A stretch of DNA of 64,000 nt from Octopus sinensis (lineage: Eukaryota), in assembly GCF_006345805.1 (NCBI RefSeq), contig NC_043012.1, forward strand, positions 23,188,001 to 23,252,000. Direction: 5' to 3'. The position numbers were made by a program, and so were the translations under genes. Shown piece after piece: positions 50,111 to 62,529 of the stretch. Below the pieces are notes generated by a model. It was given only the letters and a program-made list of their open reading frames with translations, did no database searches and had not been told where the DNA came from. Each line of letters begins with the position of its first letter. The first letter of the stretch is position 1.

Positions 50111-50662
50111 AATACCAGGCAGTGGCTCTCATGGCTTTTGATCTTAACTGATTGGAAGTGCTATCATGTACATTGTTTTGTCTTGGTATAAAAAGATGGG
50201 CTACAATAAATATTCTGCTCAATACAACATATTTCCTTATCAGTTGCTTGACCTTAACCAGTGGAGCATGTCCCTCAGTGGCTGACAATATGTGCATCTC
50301 TGATCATAAGCAGAAGTAGTTGGGAAGCATCATAGCCATTTGTTGAGAGGAATTCTTTGGGGTCTGAATAATTTACCTCTGGAAACATGGGTGTTACGTT
50401 TAACATCCATGAACAACCCTTATTCAGGGACCTTTTGAATGAGATAGGCGACTCAACTTTGAGAAAATTCTAACTGGGCTCCACCTGCAAGGTCATGCAC
50501 TGTTTATCTTGATATATCACCATGTTGTGTACATATGTTTGTGATGCATATGCCTGATGTAACCTTATCAGGTGGGTAGTGATGATGGGTTTATTGGGCT
50601 TCCTATATTTGTGTAACTCTGATGGCATGCACTGCTCTCTCATTCAACAACAACAACAATAA
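50111..50662 (+). mobile_element. Element F, longer copy, between (TAA)-like and (CAA/TAA) tracts
   Basis: Collinear with 32157-32612; abuts the tail of the Dong-like LINE. Confidence 0.8.
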
Positions 50663-50986
50663 TTTTTGGATGTTTTTTCAAGTCAAATACAAATAATTCA
50701 TTGCATTTGATCTAATTGTTCAATTTGGTTCATATTGACATGTTTTAACTATTACTAATGAAACAATAAAAAATAACCATTCCTACATCAACAAATAAAA
50801 ACAACAGTATGAACAAGAGCATCATTAAGGTCATCAAAACCACCACCATTAGCATCATCATCATCATCATCTACAAGAGAATCAGTCAAAGGCAACAAAC
50901 AAAACACAACCACAAATAAATACACACATTTATATATATATATATATATATGTAAACATGATGGTAAATACACACACATACATGCT

Positions 50987-51035
<49 letters not shown>

Positions 51036-51848
51036 AATTTCTGTTTGGGTTGGGCTTTTCTTGAATATCTGCCTAAATGACTTGACAGGAATAAAATCAC
51101 TTGACCTTTCCTGAGAGAGGTCACATTCAAATTGACAAGTGAATTGTAAGCACTTGTAGTCTAAGTATTGAATTGACATTGACTTGCTTTAAAAGAAACA
51201 GACTGATACACACAAGGAAGACAGGCAACCAACCTTTCAAAGCACAACAACACAATTACAACTTTTATAATTAGTTCCTTTCATGGGAATTGTCATTTTC
51301 TCATAAAGACTGAAGCATAATGGGAAATTTGTCCAATTTTCAGTATTACCAACAACAGACTAATGTTTGAGGCAGTCTGTGACAAGAGGGTAGAAGTGGT
51401 GGTGGTGGTGGTGTTTGATAAAACAAGTGATTGTATAGGCTTTCTTTTTCTTTGCCTTCCTTTCTTTTCCTCTCTCTCTTTCTCTCTCTTTTTTTTTTTT
51501 TTTCAAAGACAAGAGTCAAACTCTTAAAGGATCAGGATTTCCTTGTTTCCCTATCAGGAGAAGGGAAGAAGGTTCCTTATGTTCTTGGGGATTACTTCAT
51601 ACACTATTAAGACATATATCACTAGGGTTAATGAATCATTGTTGCTAACACATAACAACATGCCTAGTATGTGTGTGTGTGTGTGTGTGCTTATATTATT
51701 AGTACATATGTCATTGTTTCTAACACATAAGACAAGTATGCTCATCACAGATACGTTGGACCAATTAATGCACCAACATTCATTCTATGCATGTGTGTAC
51801 ACGTACATATGTATGTGTGTATACACACACACACATATATACACATAC

Positions 51849-52254
51849 CTCTTTCTCTTTTCTCTTTTACTTGTTTCAGTCATTTGACTGCGGCCATGCT
51901 GGAGCATCGCCTTTAATCGAGCAACTCGACCCCGGGACTTATTCTTTTGTAAGCCCAGTACTTATTCTATCGGTTTCTTTTGCCGAACCGCTAAGTAACA
52001 GGGACATAAACACACCAGCATCGGTTGACAAGCAATGCTAGGGGACAAACACAGACACACAAATACACACGCACATATATATATGTATACGACAGGCTTC
52101 TTTCAGTTTCCGTCTACCAAATCCACTCACAAGGCTTTGGTTGGCCCGAGGCTATAGTAGAAGACACTTGCCCAAGGTGCCACGCAGTGGGACTGAACCC
52201 AGAACCATGTGGTTGGTAGACAAGCTACTTACCACACAGCCACTCCTGCGCCTA
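51849..52254 (-). mobile_element. SINE-C, full length
   Basis: Complete element; its head abuts an (AT)n tract. Confidence 0.93.
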
Positions 52255-52320
52255 TATATATATACATACATATATATACATATATGTGTGTGTATGTATA
52301 TATATTATATATATATATAT

Positions 52321-52407
<87 letters not shown>

Positions 52408-52660
52408 CAGTGAATATTCTTAGAAATTTCACCACAAGTAGCCTAGCATGTATAAAAAGATAATAGACAACCAAGTTAAATCGATAGCATAGTTGATGCC
52501 ACCTTTTTGTAGTGACTCTTTTATACTTTAGCATAGAGAAAATCCTCAATTCTAGTTAAACATTAATTCATTTTGATTAAAATATATAAATATTGCCAGT
52601 AGTGTAAGCTGAGCAAAATCTAAGCAATGAGACATTAGTTGTTTATCAATGCCAACTACA

Positions 52661-53009
52661 TTAGACTAAAAAATAGTAGCTAGACTTAGACTAAAAAATA
52701 GTAGCTAGACTTAGACTAAAAAATAGTAGCTAGACTTAGACTAAAAAATAGTAGCTAGACTTAGACTAAAAAATAGTAGCTAGACTTAGACTAAAAAATA
52801 GTAGCTAGACTTAGACTAAAAAATAGTAGCTAGACTTAGACTAAAAAATAGTAGCTAGACTTAGACTAAAAAATAGTAGCTAGACTTAGACTAAAAAATA
52901 GTAGCTAGACTTAGACTAAAAATAGTAGCTAGACTTAGACTAAAAAATAGTAGCTAGACTTAGACTAAAAAATAGTAGCTAGACTTAGACTAAAAAATAG
53001 TAGCTAGAC
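52661..53009. repeat. 25-bp minisatellite, 14 copies (ttagactaaaaaatagtagctagac)
   Basis: 13 identical units plus one 24-bp unit (52911-52934, one A fewer); no spacers. Confidence 0.97.
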
Positions 53010-53986
53010 TCAGGTCTACTAGTTCTTGCATATTAGGCTTAAAATGTCACCTAATTCAACACAACCATCTGACCCGTGGGTAACCTTCGTGAGGAGCGCC
53101 TTTAGCAGAGAGCACACTGTTGCAAGCCTTCAGACCATTTATTTGATTTGGGGATAACTTACTCCTCCCACCAGTCTCAGAAACACTAAAAAGGGCTCAG
53201 GGGGGGTCACCCTTCTGACAAACCAACTAAAAACAAGTTTAGTGGTACAATGATTTATGTGTGCTTGTGGTAATGTGTCTTTAGTATATGCTAGAACCTG
53301 GTAGCATAGTTTGGGTCCCTTAACTGTTAGAACCAGCTCACAAAAGGAACAAAAAGCTGATATAATCCCTTATTTTAACAATCTTCTACTTCCAGCACAT
53401 TTTGTCACAGGTTGCATCTTTGTATTATTGAGACTGGATAAATTTTCCATTATGCTTCAGTCTTTATGAGAACATGGTAATTCTCATGAAAGGAACTAAT
53501 TATAAAAGTTGCATGTCTATAAAGTGATATTTCAATATGCAGTTCCAGTGCACTTTAATATTTACAATGATATAGGATTCTTCAAATAGTTGCATTCTAT
53601 AATCACATTCTTCATATAGTCATATTAGACTAGCAAGCTCGCTTGCTGCACTGAGGGAACATTAATGGAATTGATTTGTTTCTAGCTGAGCTGAAAATGG
53701 CAAATGAAGTGATACCCAGAAAAATTTACAATACATAGTTCTAAGCATGTAGTTTGTCAAAGGTGTCTCTTGGACTCTAGGAAGAGTGAAATGTCACCTT
53801 TCGGCAGGTAAATTAACATCCAAGTGCTGCGGTCTTGTATTGTGTGATTACCATGTTGTGTACATCTGACCAGTTAAATGGACAGAAATAAATAATAAAC
53901 AAACAACATCAGCCACCAATGATGTAACAGAAATAATGTAACAGAGGACAGACAATAAAGGAAATAATACATTATATATATATATA

Positions 53987-54294
53987 TGTGGAGGCGCAAT
54001 GGCCCAGTGGTTAGGGCAGCAGACTCGCGGTTGTAGGATCGCGGTTTCGATTCTCAGTCCAGTCCGGTCGTTGTGAGTGTTTATTGAGCGAAAACACCTA
54101 AAAGTTCCACGAGGCTCTGGCAGGGGGTGGTGATCCCTGCTGTAGTCTTTCACCACTCTTTCTCCCATTCTTTCTTGGCCTGCTCACTTAGCCAGCAGGG
54201 TGGCGTCATTCAAAGGCTAAAACAATGCGAACACATTGTGACCAGCGATGTGTAACTACATCTGATGGATTGGTCGGTCACGTGATCACGTGAT
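53987..54294 (+). mobile_element. SINE-B, full length, inside (AT)n
   Basis: Complete head and tail. Confidence 0.92.
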
Positions 54295-54582
54295 ATATAT
54301 ATGTGTGTGGGTGTGCTTATTTACTCCTAAAGCAGAATAGAAAAGTGAAAATGTGTTGGGCCCATGATGAAGAGTTTGTACAGTGAAGAAATGGGTTCTA
54401 TTTTATATATTTATACACCAAGACTTGGTTGTCTACAAATATACCAACCATATACATGTATATAACTGCAATAGAAATTTATTCAGAGTTAAAAGGTCAT
54501 CAACTGACTGGCGTACACCAAAACCCAAGTAATGTTGAGGGCAGAGGTGTAAACAAAACGACTTTTTACTACGCATCTAGGA

Positions 54583-54617
<35 letters not shown>

Positions 54618-54625
54618 ATCAATAT

Positions 54626-54943
54626 CACGGTGATCACCGTGACCGACCAGGCTATCAGATGTTGCTACACATCGCTGGTCACAATGCATCTTGCATTGTT
54701 TTAGCCTTCAGATGACGCCACCCCGCTGGCTAAGCGAGCAGGCCAACAGAAGAAAGAGTGAGTGAGAGAAAGTTGTAACGAAAGAGTACAGCAGGGACCG
54801 CCGCCACCCCCTGCCAGAGCCTTGTGGAGCTTTAGGTGTTGTTGCTCAATAAACACTCACAATGCCTGGTCTGGGAATCGAAACCGCGATCCTCCGACCG
54901 CGAGTCCGCTGCACTAACCACTGGGCCATTGCGCCTCCGCATA
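54626..54943 (-). mobile_element. SINE-B, full length, inverted, with 9-bp TSD tatcaatat
   Basis: TSD copies at 54617-54625 and 54944-54952. Confidence 0.92.
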
Positions 54944-55324
54944 TATCAATATAAATGTCACTAAATGTGACAAGGGTGTTAGGAATCACATACACTGCTA
55001 GAAATAAGAGCTAAACTGCTTTAACGCTGTAATTAACACACATGAATGAAAACATTCACTAACAGAGACAATAATCGTCTGAAAAGTGCTGATTAAAAAT
55101 TCTTAATACTGACGCTTCATTTTCGGTAATTGCTGTTGCCTTATCAGTTAAGAGCACTTTGTTGTTTGGCTCTTTCTGGACTCACTTCACTATCAATATT
55201 TATGTTTCTATCATTCAAATAATTGAATGATTTAGTGATTCACTAATGTGGTTTAGCTCTTATTTCTAGCAATGTAGTTGTTTCCTAACACCTTAGTCAC
55301 ATTTAGTGACATTTATAATTCTCC

Positions 55325-55500
55325 CATCATACAAGCAGTGTTGTTCTTTTCCAATCTTCTATGGAAATATGTCTGGACACTAGGGAAATATTACTTTGCT
55401 TGGAAACGGCAAGGTTAATGACAAGAAGAGCATTCATCCATAGAAAATCAGCTTCATTGACATCTGTCTGACCCATACAAGCATGAAAAAGTGGACATTG
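55325..55500 (+). mobile_element. SINE-E variant
   Basis: gggaaatattactttgcttggaaac...aaaagtggacatt. Confidence 0.7.
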
Positions 55501-55502
55501 AA

Positions 55503-55899
55503 GGCGCTGGAGTGGCTGTGTGTTAAGTAGCTTGCTAATCAACCACATGGTTACGAGTTCAGTCCCACTGCGTGACATCTTCGGCAAGTGTCTTCTGCTA
55601 TAGCCCCGGGCTGACCAATGCCTTGTGAGTGGATTTGGTAGACGGAAACTGAAAGAAGCCTGTCGTGTATATGTATATATATGTGTGTGTGTATGTGTTT
55701 GTGTTTGTCCCCCTAGCATCGCTTGACAATCAATGCTGGTGTGTTTATGTCCCCGTCACTTAGTGGTTCGGCAAAAGAGACCGATAGAATAAGTACTGGG
55801 CTTACAAAGAATAAGTCCTGGGGTCGATTTGCTCGACTAAAGGCGGTGCTCCAGCATGGCTGCAGTCAAATGACTGAAACAAGTAAAAGAGTAAAGAGT
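55503..55899 (+). mobile_element. SINE-C, full length
   Basis: Complete head, body and tail. Confidence 0.93.
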
Positions 55900-55979
55900 A
55901 TTGAAAGAGAAGGAAGGATGACATGATGGATAGTTATTTGTATCATCATATATACGACAGAACTACCATATTTCCTCAA

Positions 55980-56345
55980 TGGCCCAGTGGTTAGGACAGC
56001 GGACTCGCGGTCGTAGGATCGCGGTTTCGATTCCCAGACTGGGTGTTGTGAGTGTTTATAGAGCGAAAACACCTAAAGCTCCACGAGGCTCCGGCAGGGA
56101 TGGTGGTGATCCCTGCTGTATTCTTTCACCACAACTTTCTCTCACTCTTACTTCCTGTTTCTGTTGTACCTGTATTTCAAAGGGCCGGCCTTGTCACTCT
56201 CTGTGTCACGCTGAATATCCCCGAGAACTACGTTAAGGGTACACGTGTCTGTGGAGTGCTCAGCCACTTACACGTTAATTTCACGAGCAGGCTGTTCCGT
56301 TGATCGGATCAACCAGAACCCTCGTCGTCGTAACCGAAGGAGTGC
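55980..56345 (+). mobile_element. Chimeric SINE: SINE-B head and body with SINE-A tail
   Basis: The first ~175 nt match 15324-15500; from gttgtacctgtatttcaaaggg onward it matches 570-750. Confidence 0.9.
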
Positions 56346-56779
56346 TTCTACTATAGCACTGTTTTATGCATGATTTTAACTGATAAAACTGCAGCGTGAC
56401 TGATACACAGGGCAAAGCTAAAACTACGAAGGGAAACAATTTCGGACTAGTATTTAACAGTAAATTAAAGGTGTTATTCATCCACAAGAGCTAATGCATT
56501 ATATGAAACAAATGTAAACATACTATTTATACACTTCCTGAGTATTTTCAGTAGAGTTTTACATATGTTAACGAGTGTTTTAATGTTTCACTACATTATC
56601 TACAATAAGTATCTGAAGGCAAAAAAAAAAAAAAAAAAAGGATAGATGCTTGTACATAAAAGACATAAATTGTAAATATATACACTCCTTGTGTATATTA
56701 AAAGACAGTTTACACTTATATACACATAGACATCTATCTACTGATGTGTGTCTGTCTGTCTGTGTCTCTCCACATACAT

Positions 56780-56842
<63 letters not shown>

Positions 56843-57959
56843 TACATATACACACATATATACATACATATTATTATTGTTGTTATTATTATTATTATTA
56901 TTATTATATATGCTCACACATAAGTCTAAACACACATATATACATAAAGATATATATATATATACACACACACATATAGATATATCTGTATACATATATA
57001 AATATGAATTGCTTTTTAATAATCATACATTGATTATTGATTAATTTAAAACATAATTGCATATATAAACAGTAAATTACAATGTGAATGAATTTGATCT
57101 GGAGTATCTTAAGACGCTCTATTCTCTTTAATATTCCAATAATTACAGAGTATAGAACTTCAAAACAATGTTGCAGCATTTAATATAAAACTAAAATAAC
57201 TCATATTCTAATATGATTAATAAAATATTTTCAAACTAAATTTATATTTCATTACACCAGACATTTTATTTGGTTAGGTAATATTGCATTTACAATTTTA
57301 TAGCCAGAAACAGAAATAAACCCTCTTTTTTTGTTTTTTGTTGTTTTGTTTGTTTTTTTTTTGTTTTAAAATTACCATTTTTTTATATGAAGGTGTGAGG
57401 GAAATTACTGGAGTTTTCTTAAATGGTAAACTCCATGCTCGGAATTTCTTCAGGATGTGAAGCAAAATATAGAAGATTATTTTGGAAATGAATAAGCAGT
57501 GTATGGGGGGATTGTAGTAAATCTAAAGTTTCTAGCAATTGTCTGTGGTTGTGTTTTTGTGTAGCTCATGTATTTCTCAACTTTTGTCAATTATTTTAAA
57601 TATAAAGAAACACAGAAAAATCAATGCACAATACTTTGAAGAAACATACATAAATTGTTTGGTTGTTTTATAGTAATTATTTATAGTTTTATAATAATTA
57701 TTTATGGTAAAAATAATTATTGTATAAAATTAATTTAATATGTGAAGAATCCTCAGATGATAAATATTCAGTTTTATAGTTAATTACTTGTGGAGAACTA
57801 TATCAAAAGGAACTGCGCAATTCTATTCTACTCTGTATTTAGCTCACTAAACAACCTGCTTCTGCTTCCCCTGAAATACAGACACACGGAAAGCATCATC
57901 ATGGCTCAGCTAACTAAGTGACTCATAAGCATTTCAATGAAATTCAAACCTAGTAAGAA

Positions 57960-58355
57960 TCATCATCATCATCATTGTTCAACCGTGGTCGAGACAATGG
58001 AATTTACTATGTTACGCCAGACTTCACGGTCCATCATAGCATTACGGAGGTCCTGTTGCTGGATGCCTGTATCCCTGGAGATTACATCAAGGTAGGAGAA
58101 TGTGCGCTTGCTGGTATTGCGAGTAGATGGCTTCCAGAGGAGAAGAGTAGAAATTACTTCTTTTTCAGCTCTACAACAATGTCCAGCAAACTGGACTCTC
58201 CTACCTTTCACAAGAGATGACACAGGTGGTAATTTCCCATATATTTGCATTTTGGTTGGATGGTGCTTCCACGAGAGATTTTGAGCTCTCATAAGGAGTT
58301 GAGTGTAGGTTCCATCCAACCGCCTCTCAAGCTTCTTTGATAACCATAAGAATAC
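57960..58355 (-). mobile_element. RTE-clade LINE 3' fragment with uninterrupted ORF end and (GAT)n tail
   Basis: LERRLDGTYTQLLMRAQNLSWKHHPTK..IYGKLPPVS...RRVQFAGHCCRA...LLLWKP...SYLDVISRDTG...AMMDREVWR...EQ*. Confidence 0.85.
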
Positions 58356-58399
58356 CATAGCAGCTGTTTGGCTTTGGTGTGTGTTGCACATGCACGTGC

Positions 58400-58435
<36 letters not shown>

Positions 58436-58447
58436 GAGGGACTACCT

Positions 58448-58792
58448 TGCTAATTGGGTGAGTAGTTAAGAAGCTCACTTTGCAACCATATGACTTCAGG
58501 TTCAGTCCCACTGTGTAGCCCCAAGGTCAAGTGTCTTCTACTACAGCACTGAGTCAACCAATCGCTTTTGAGTGAATATGGTAGATGGAGACTGTGTGGA
58601 AGCTGTCTTATATATGTGTGTGTGTGTGTGTTTGTCCTGCCAACACTTGACACATGGTGATGGTTTGATGACATCCCAGTAACTTGGCAGATCAGTAAAA
58701 GAGACCAATGCAATAAGTGCCCAGCTTAAAAAAAATAGATACTGGGGTTCATCTGTTTGACTAAGAACCCTCTTCAAGGTGGTGCCCTGACA
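58448..58792 (+). mobile_element. SINE-C, diverged copy
   Basis: gttcagtcccactgtg...caagtgtcttctactac with body remnants. Confidence 0.75.
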
Positions 58793-58808
58793 TGTCTCAA
58801 TTCATTTT

Positions 58809-59110
58809 CATCATCATCATCATCATCATCATTTAACGTCCGCTTTCCATGCTAGCATGGGTTGGACGGTTCAACTGGGGTCTGGGAAGCCAGAAGGCTG
58901 CACCAGGCCCAGTCTGATCTGACAATGTTTCTACGGCTGGATGCCCTTCCTAACGCCAACCACTCCGTGAGTGTAGTGGGTGCTTTTTACGTGCCACCGG
59001 CATGGGTGCCAGATGGGGCTGGTAAACGGCCATGGTCAAATGGTGCTTTTACGTGCCACGGGCATGGGGGCCAGGCGAGGCTGGCAACGGCCACGGTCGG
59101 ATGGTGCTTT
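58809..59110 (-). mobile_element. SINE-E, well preserved
   Basis: (CAT)n followed by ttaacgtccgctttccatgctagcatggg; internal duplication of gtgcttttacgtgccac. Confidence 0.9.
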
Positions 59111-59467
59111 TTACAAAGAATTTAGTGAAATAGGTTTGTGTTCATAAGGTAAATGTTTGTAACGAAAATTGACATGGATATTTTTTTTTCTTGAGCCCTA
59201 AGGCTTTTAAGGCAGGTTACCAGGTTTCCATAACATATAAGTAACCAAAAACACAACATTCTCTGCAGGTCTCTTGTAGGGTTCAAAGTCTGTAATTCTG
59301 ATTAGTGTCCCCAATGACCTGTAGCTCTTGAGTCGGTCAGTATCCACAATCTGCAGCAGGTCTCCAAGGTGTCATTTGAATATTTGCTACTATCACCAAG
59401 ATCTGCACCCACAGAGAGGACAAACCAATTTCATTGAACTCAGTCCTTGACTGGTACTCTATTTTAT

Positions 59468-59690
59468 AAGGCAGAAACATTAGCATGCTAGGCGAAATGT
59501 GTAGCCGTATTTCGTCTGCTGTTACATTCTGAGTTCAAATTCCGCCGAGGTCGACTTAGCCTTTCATCCTTTCGGGGGTCGATAAATTAAGTACCAGTTA
59601 CGCACTGGGGTCAATGTAATCGACTTAATACTTATGTCTGTCCTTGTTTGTCCCCTCTATGTTTAGCCCCTTGTGGGTAATAAAGAAATA
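59468..59690 (+). mobile_element. SINE-D inserted into an older antisense SINE-D, 15-bp TSD
   Basis: ggtactctattttat at 59453-59467 and 59691-59705. Minus-strand SINE-D pieces lie at about 59400-59467 and 59691-59815. Confidence 0.9.
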
Positions 59691-61318
59691 GGTACTCTAT
59701 TTTATCAACCTGCAGGAGTGAAAAGCAAAGCTGACCTCAGTAGGGTTTGAACTCAGAACATAAACAGCAGGAAGAAATACCAGATAGCATTTTGTCCGAT
59801 GACTGTGTCAGCTCACCACTTTATTGGATTCTAATGGAATGTATTAATAGAGATTCCTTGAAAACAGGGATTTTGTATCACAGAATAAAGTGCACACTCT
59901 CATGTGAGTCAGTACAAAAAGGGTTGAACACCAGTAACCAAAGAATGATTTTCTTCTTTTATTTGACAGATCAACCAAACATACATGATTGTGTTGGTCA
60001 CATGGCATACACTAGAAAGAAGGAAAAGCAAAATAAATTCCTCAAGCAGAAAGAGGAAATGGAAAAGGTAAAGGAATCCAAATCCAATATTTGGTAGTTT
60101 GACAAAAAAAAAAAGGTGAAAAAAATATATAGAGGAGTAAATGAAGAGGGGTAGTCTATCAAAGCAGGATCACAAATTGCAGAGGGCTTATTTGTTTGAG
60201 CAGCAGCTGTTACAAACACTGATTTAGGACAAAAACATTTCCTTAAACATACAAAGACTGAGTATAATTGGAAGACTTCATTTACATTTGTTTCAGACTT
60301 AATCACAACAAGCTTTTTGTATAGGAACATGTGTGTGTGTGTGTGTGTCTGCAGAGTTGATAGATATACATGCATATACCTTTACACACACGTGTGCATA
60401 CATACAGACATACCCACACACACACACATACACACATATATATATATATACACACGTGCATCCCAAGACACATGCATGCAAGTACACATACACACATACT
60501 TCTTCCCACACACACAAACACACACACATACATATTCTTCCATGTAAATATTAGCATCTTTGCAGGCATAAGGACACATACATAAACATACACAAATGCA
60601 TATATTCAAACGTGCAAATATTAACATTTTCACAGGCATACACATACACACGCGCACATGCACACACACACACACACACAAAATTTCTGTATGTGTCTAC
60701 ATAACTAAACATTTTTTTTTGTCATATCTGATGTAAATATACAGATGTGTCTATGAGCATGCATGAGTCTGCATGTATTTCGTGTAGATAGGTAAACAAA
60801 CCAGATAAATTCTAGATTAAAGACACATTAAAATTTATTTTCAATCACATGCAGTGCAAAGGGGGTGGAGGTGGCGAGGGTAAGAGAAATATAAAAAAAA
60901 AAAAAAGAAGAAGAAGAAACAGAGATTGTTTCTCTACTTTTTGTTCATTTGTGAAGATAGATTAAAATTCTAAACATGAACTGAAGTAGATAGAGCTTCA
61001 GTATAATCTAGAAAAAACTTGTATGTAAAACATTGCAATGTTTGATTGACAATGGGTAGCAATAAATAGCAAAAACAGAGGGCTGACGGAGATGGAGCTT
61101 ACTGTAAGGATGCTGGTAGCAGCTGTGATGGAACTGAGAATGTTAGTGAGGAAGATAACCAGAGATGTAAAATTCAAATGATACTGGAAATGGATAAAAT
61201 TGTAACCAGACAGCAAACTACATTATATTGGTAGAAATGAGTCCAGGAATAATTGACTGGTTTTAAAATTACTATATACTGAAGTACATTTATAGTTTTA
61301 AAAATAGAAGAAATATAT

Positions 61319-61492
61319 AGGCGCAGGAGTGGCTATGTGGTAAGTAGCTTGTTTACCAACCACATGGTTCCGGGTTAAGTCCCACTGCATGGCACCTTGG
61401 GCAAGTGTCTTCTACTATAGCCTCGGGCTGACCAAAGCCTTGTGGGTGGATTTGGCAGACAGAAACTGAAAAAGAAGCCCGTCATATGTGTG

Positions 61493-61500
<8 letters not shown>
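61319..61500 (+). mobile_element. SINE-C 5' half
   Basis: taggcgcaggagtggctatgtgg head through gaagcccgtc; ends in (AT)n. Confidence 0.88.
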
Positions 61501-61555
<55 letters not shown>

Positions 61556-61558
<3 letters not shown>

Positions 61559-61703
61559 TTTTTCAATATTTATACATGCCCTGATACTGTCGGTATCTAC
61601 ATATCAAATTTGAGCGCAATCGGATGGAGGATGCCCGAGATCCTAGAAGACACACACACACACACACACACACAGACAGACAGAACGAATTTTATATAAT
61701 AGA
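61556..61703 (+). mobile_element. DINE-1/Lep1-like non-autonomous rolling-circle (Helitron/Helentron) 3' remnant
   Basis: caaatttgagcgcaatcggatg...(AC)n(AGAC)n...ttttatataatagat follows the layout of such elements. Confidence 0.5.
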
Positions 61704-61939
61704 TATATATAGTAACTTCAAAGTTACAGCTAGTTTTGAGTTCAAAGTCACTGTTGTTACTATTCTTGTTAACGACTAGTAAACTTGTACTCTACCAAAT
61801 GTATTGAGTATACATCAATTGAATGTAAAATTGTTTTATTATAAGATAAAAAACAAATATTAATATTTATTTATGTATATTTATACATATATACCTTCAT
61901 ATACACACACACATGTACAATATATATATACACATACAC

Positions 61940-62085
61940 AGTTCAAATTTACAGGAAACAAAAGACAAGGACGGATGTAGGAACAACAAGCAGGTGTATT
62001 AGTTGAACACTTTGGAAAAATGGAAAAGTCTTTTATGTTTCAAGCCTGTGCTCTTCAGCTGGAAGGATTAAGAGGAAAAAAATGT
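61940..62085 (-). mobile_element. Element G, second diverged copy
   Basis: Shares ggtgtattagt...aaaagtcttttaYgtttcaagcct..gctcttc with 7595-7790. Confidence 0.5.
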
Positions 62086-62490
62086 GTATCTAATGATCAT
62101 ATGGATTTAATATATTTATGATATAAGCATTTAGATAGCAAAATAAGTTATAGAAAGGACAATCAGATTGAAAATGTAATACAAAGGAGGCATTGTAAGA
62201 ACAAAGATTTTGAAGAAACTGGTAAGACCAAAGGCTGGCATTGGAAACATTCCAATATTAGAAAAGAGAATTGTTAGTGCAATTAAATATATATATATAT
62301 ATATATATATATAGGCTCATCCAGAACCCTTGACATAAGGGGATCCACCTTAGTTTTCAAGACACCCCCATCCACACCATGCAGGTCTCCCAGGTGTTTT
62401 GGACGGATGGATATATATACATGCATATTCATTCAGGAATAAATATATATATATATATATACACGCACACACATACATATTCTTTCATGG

Positions 62491-62521
<31 letters not shown>

Positions 62522-62529
62522 GGTAAACG

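Noticed and set aside
52661-53009. CRISPR-like appearance of the 25-bp array
   Set aside because: Units are contiguous with no spacers; eukaryotic context; no cas genes.
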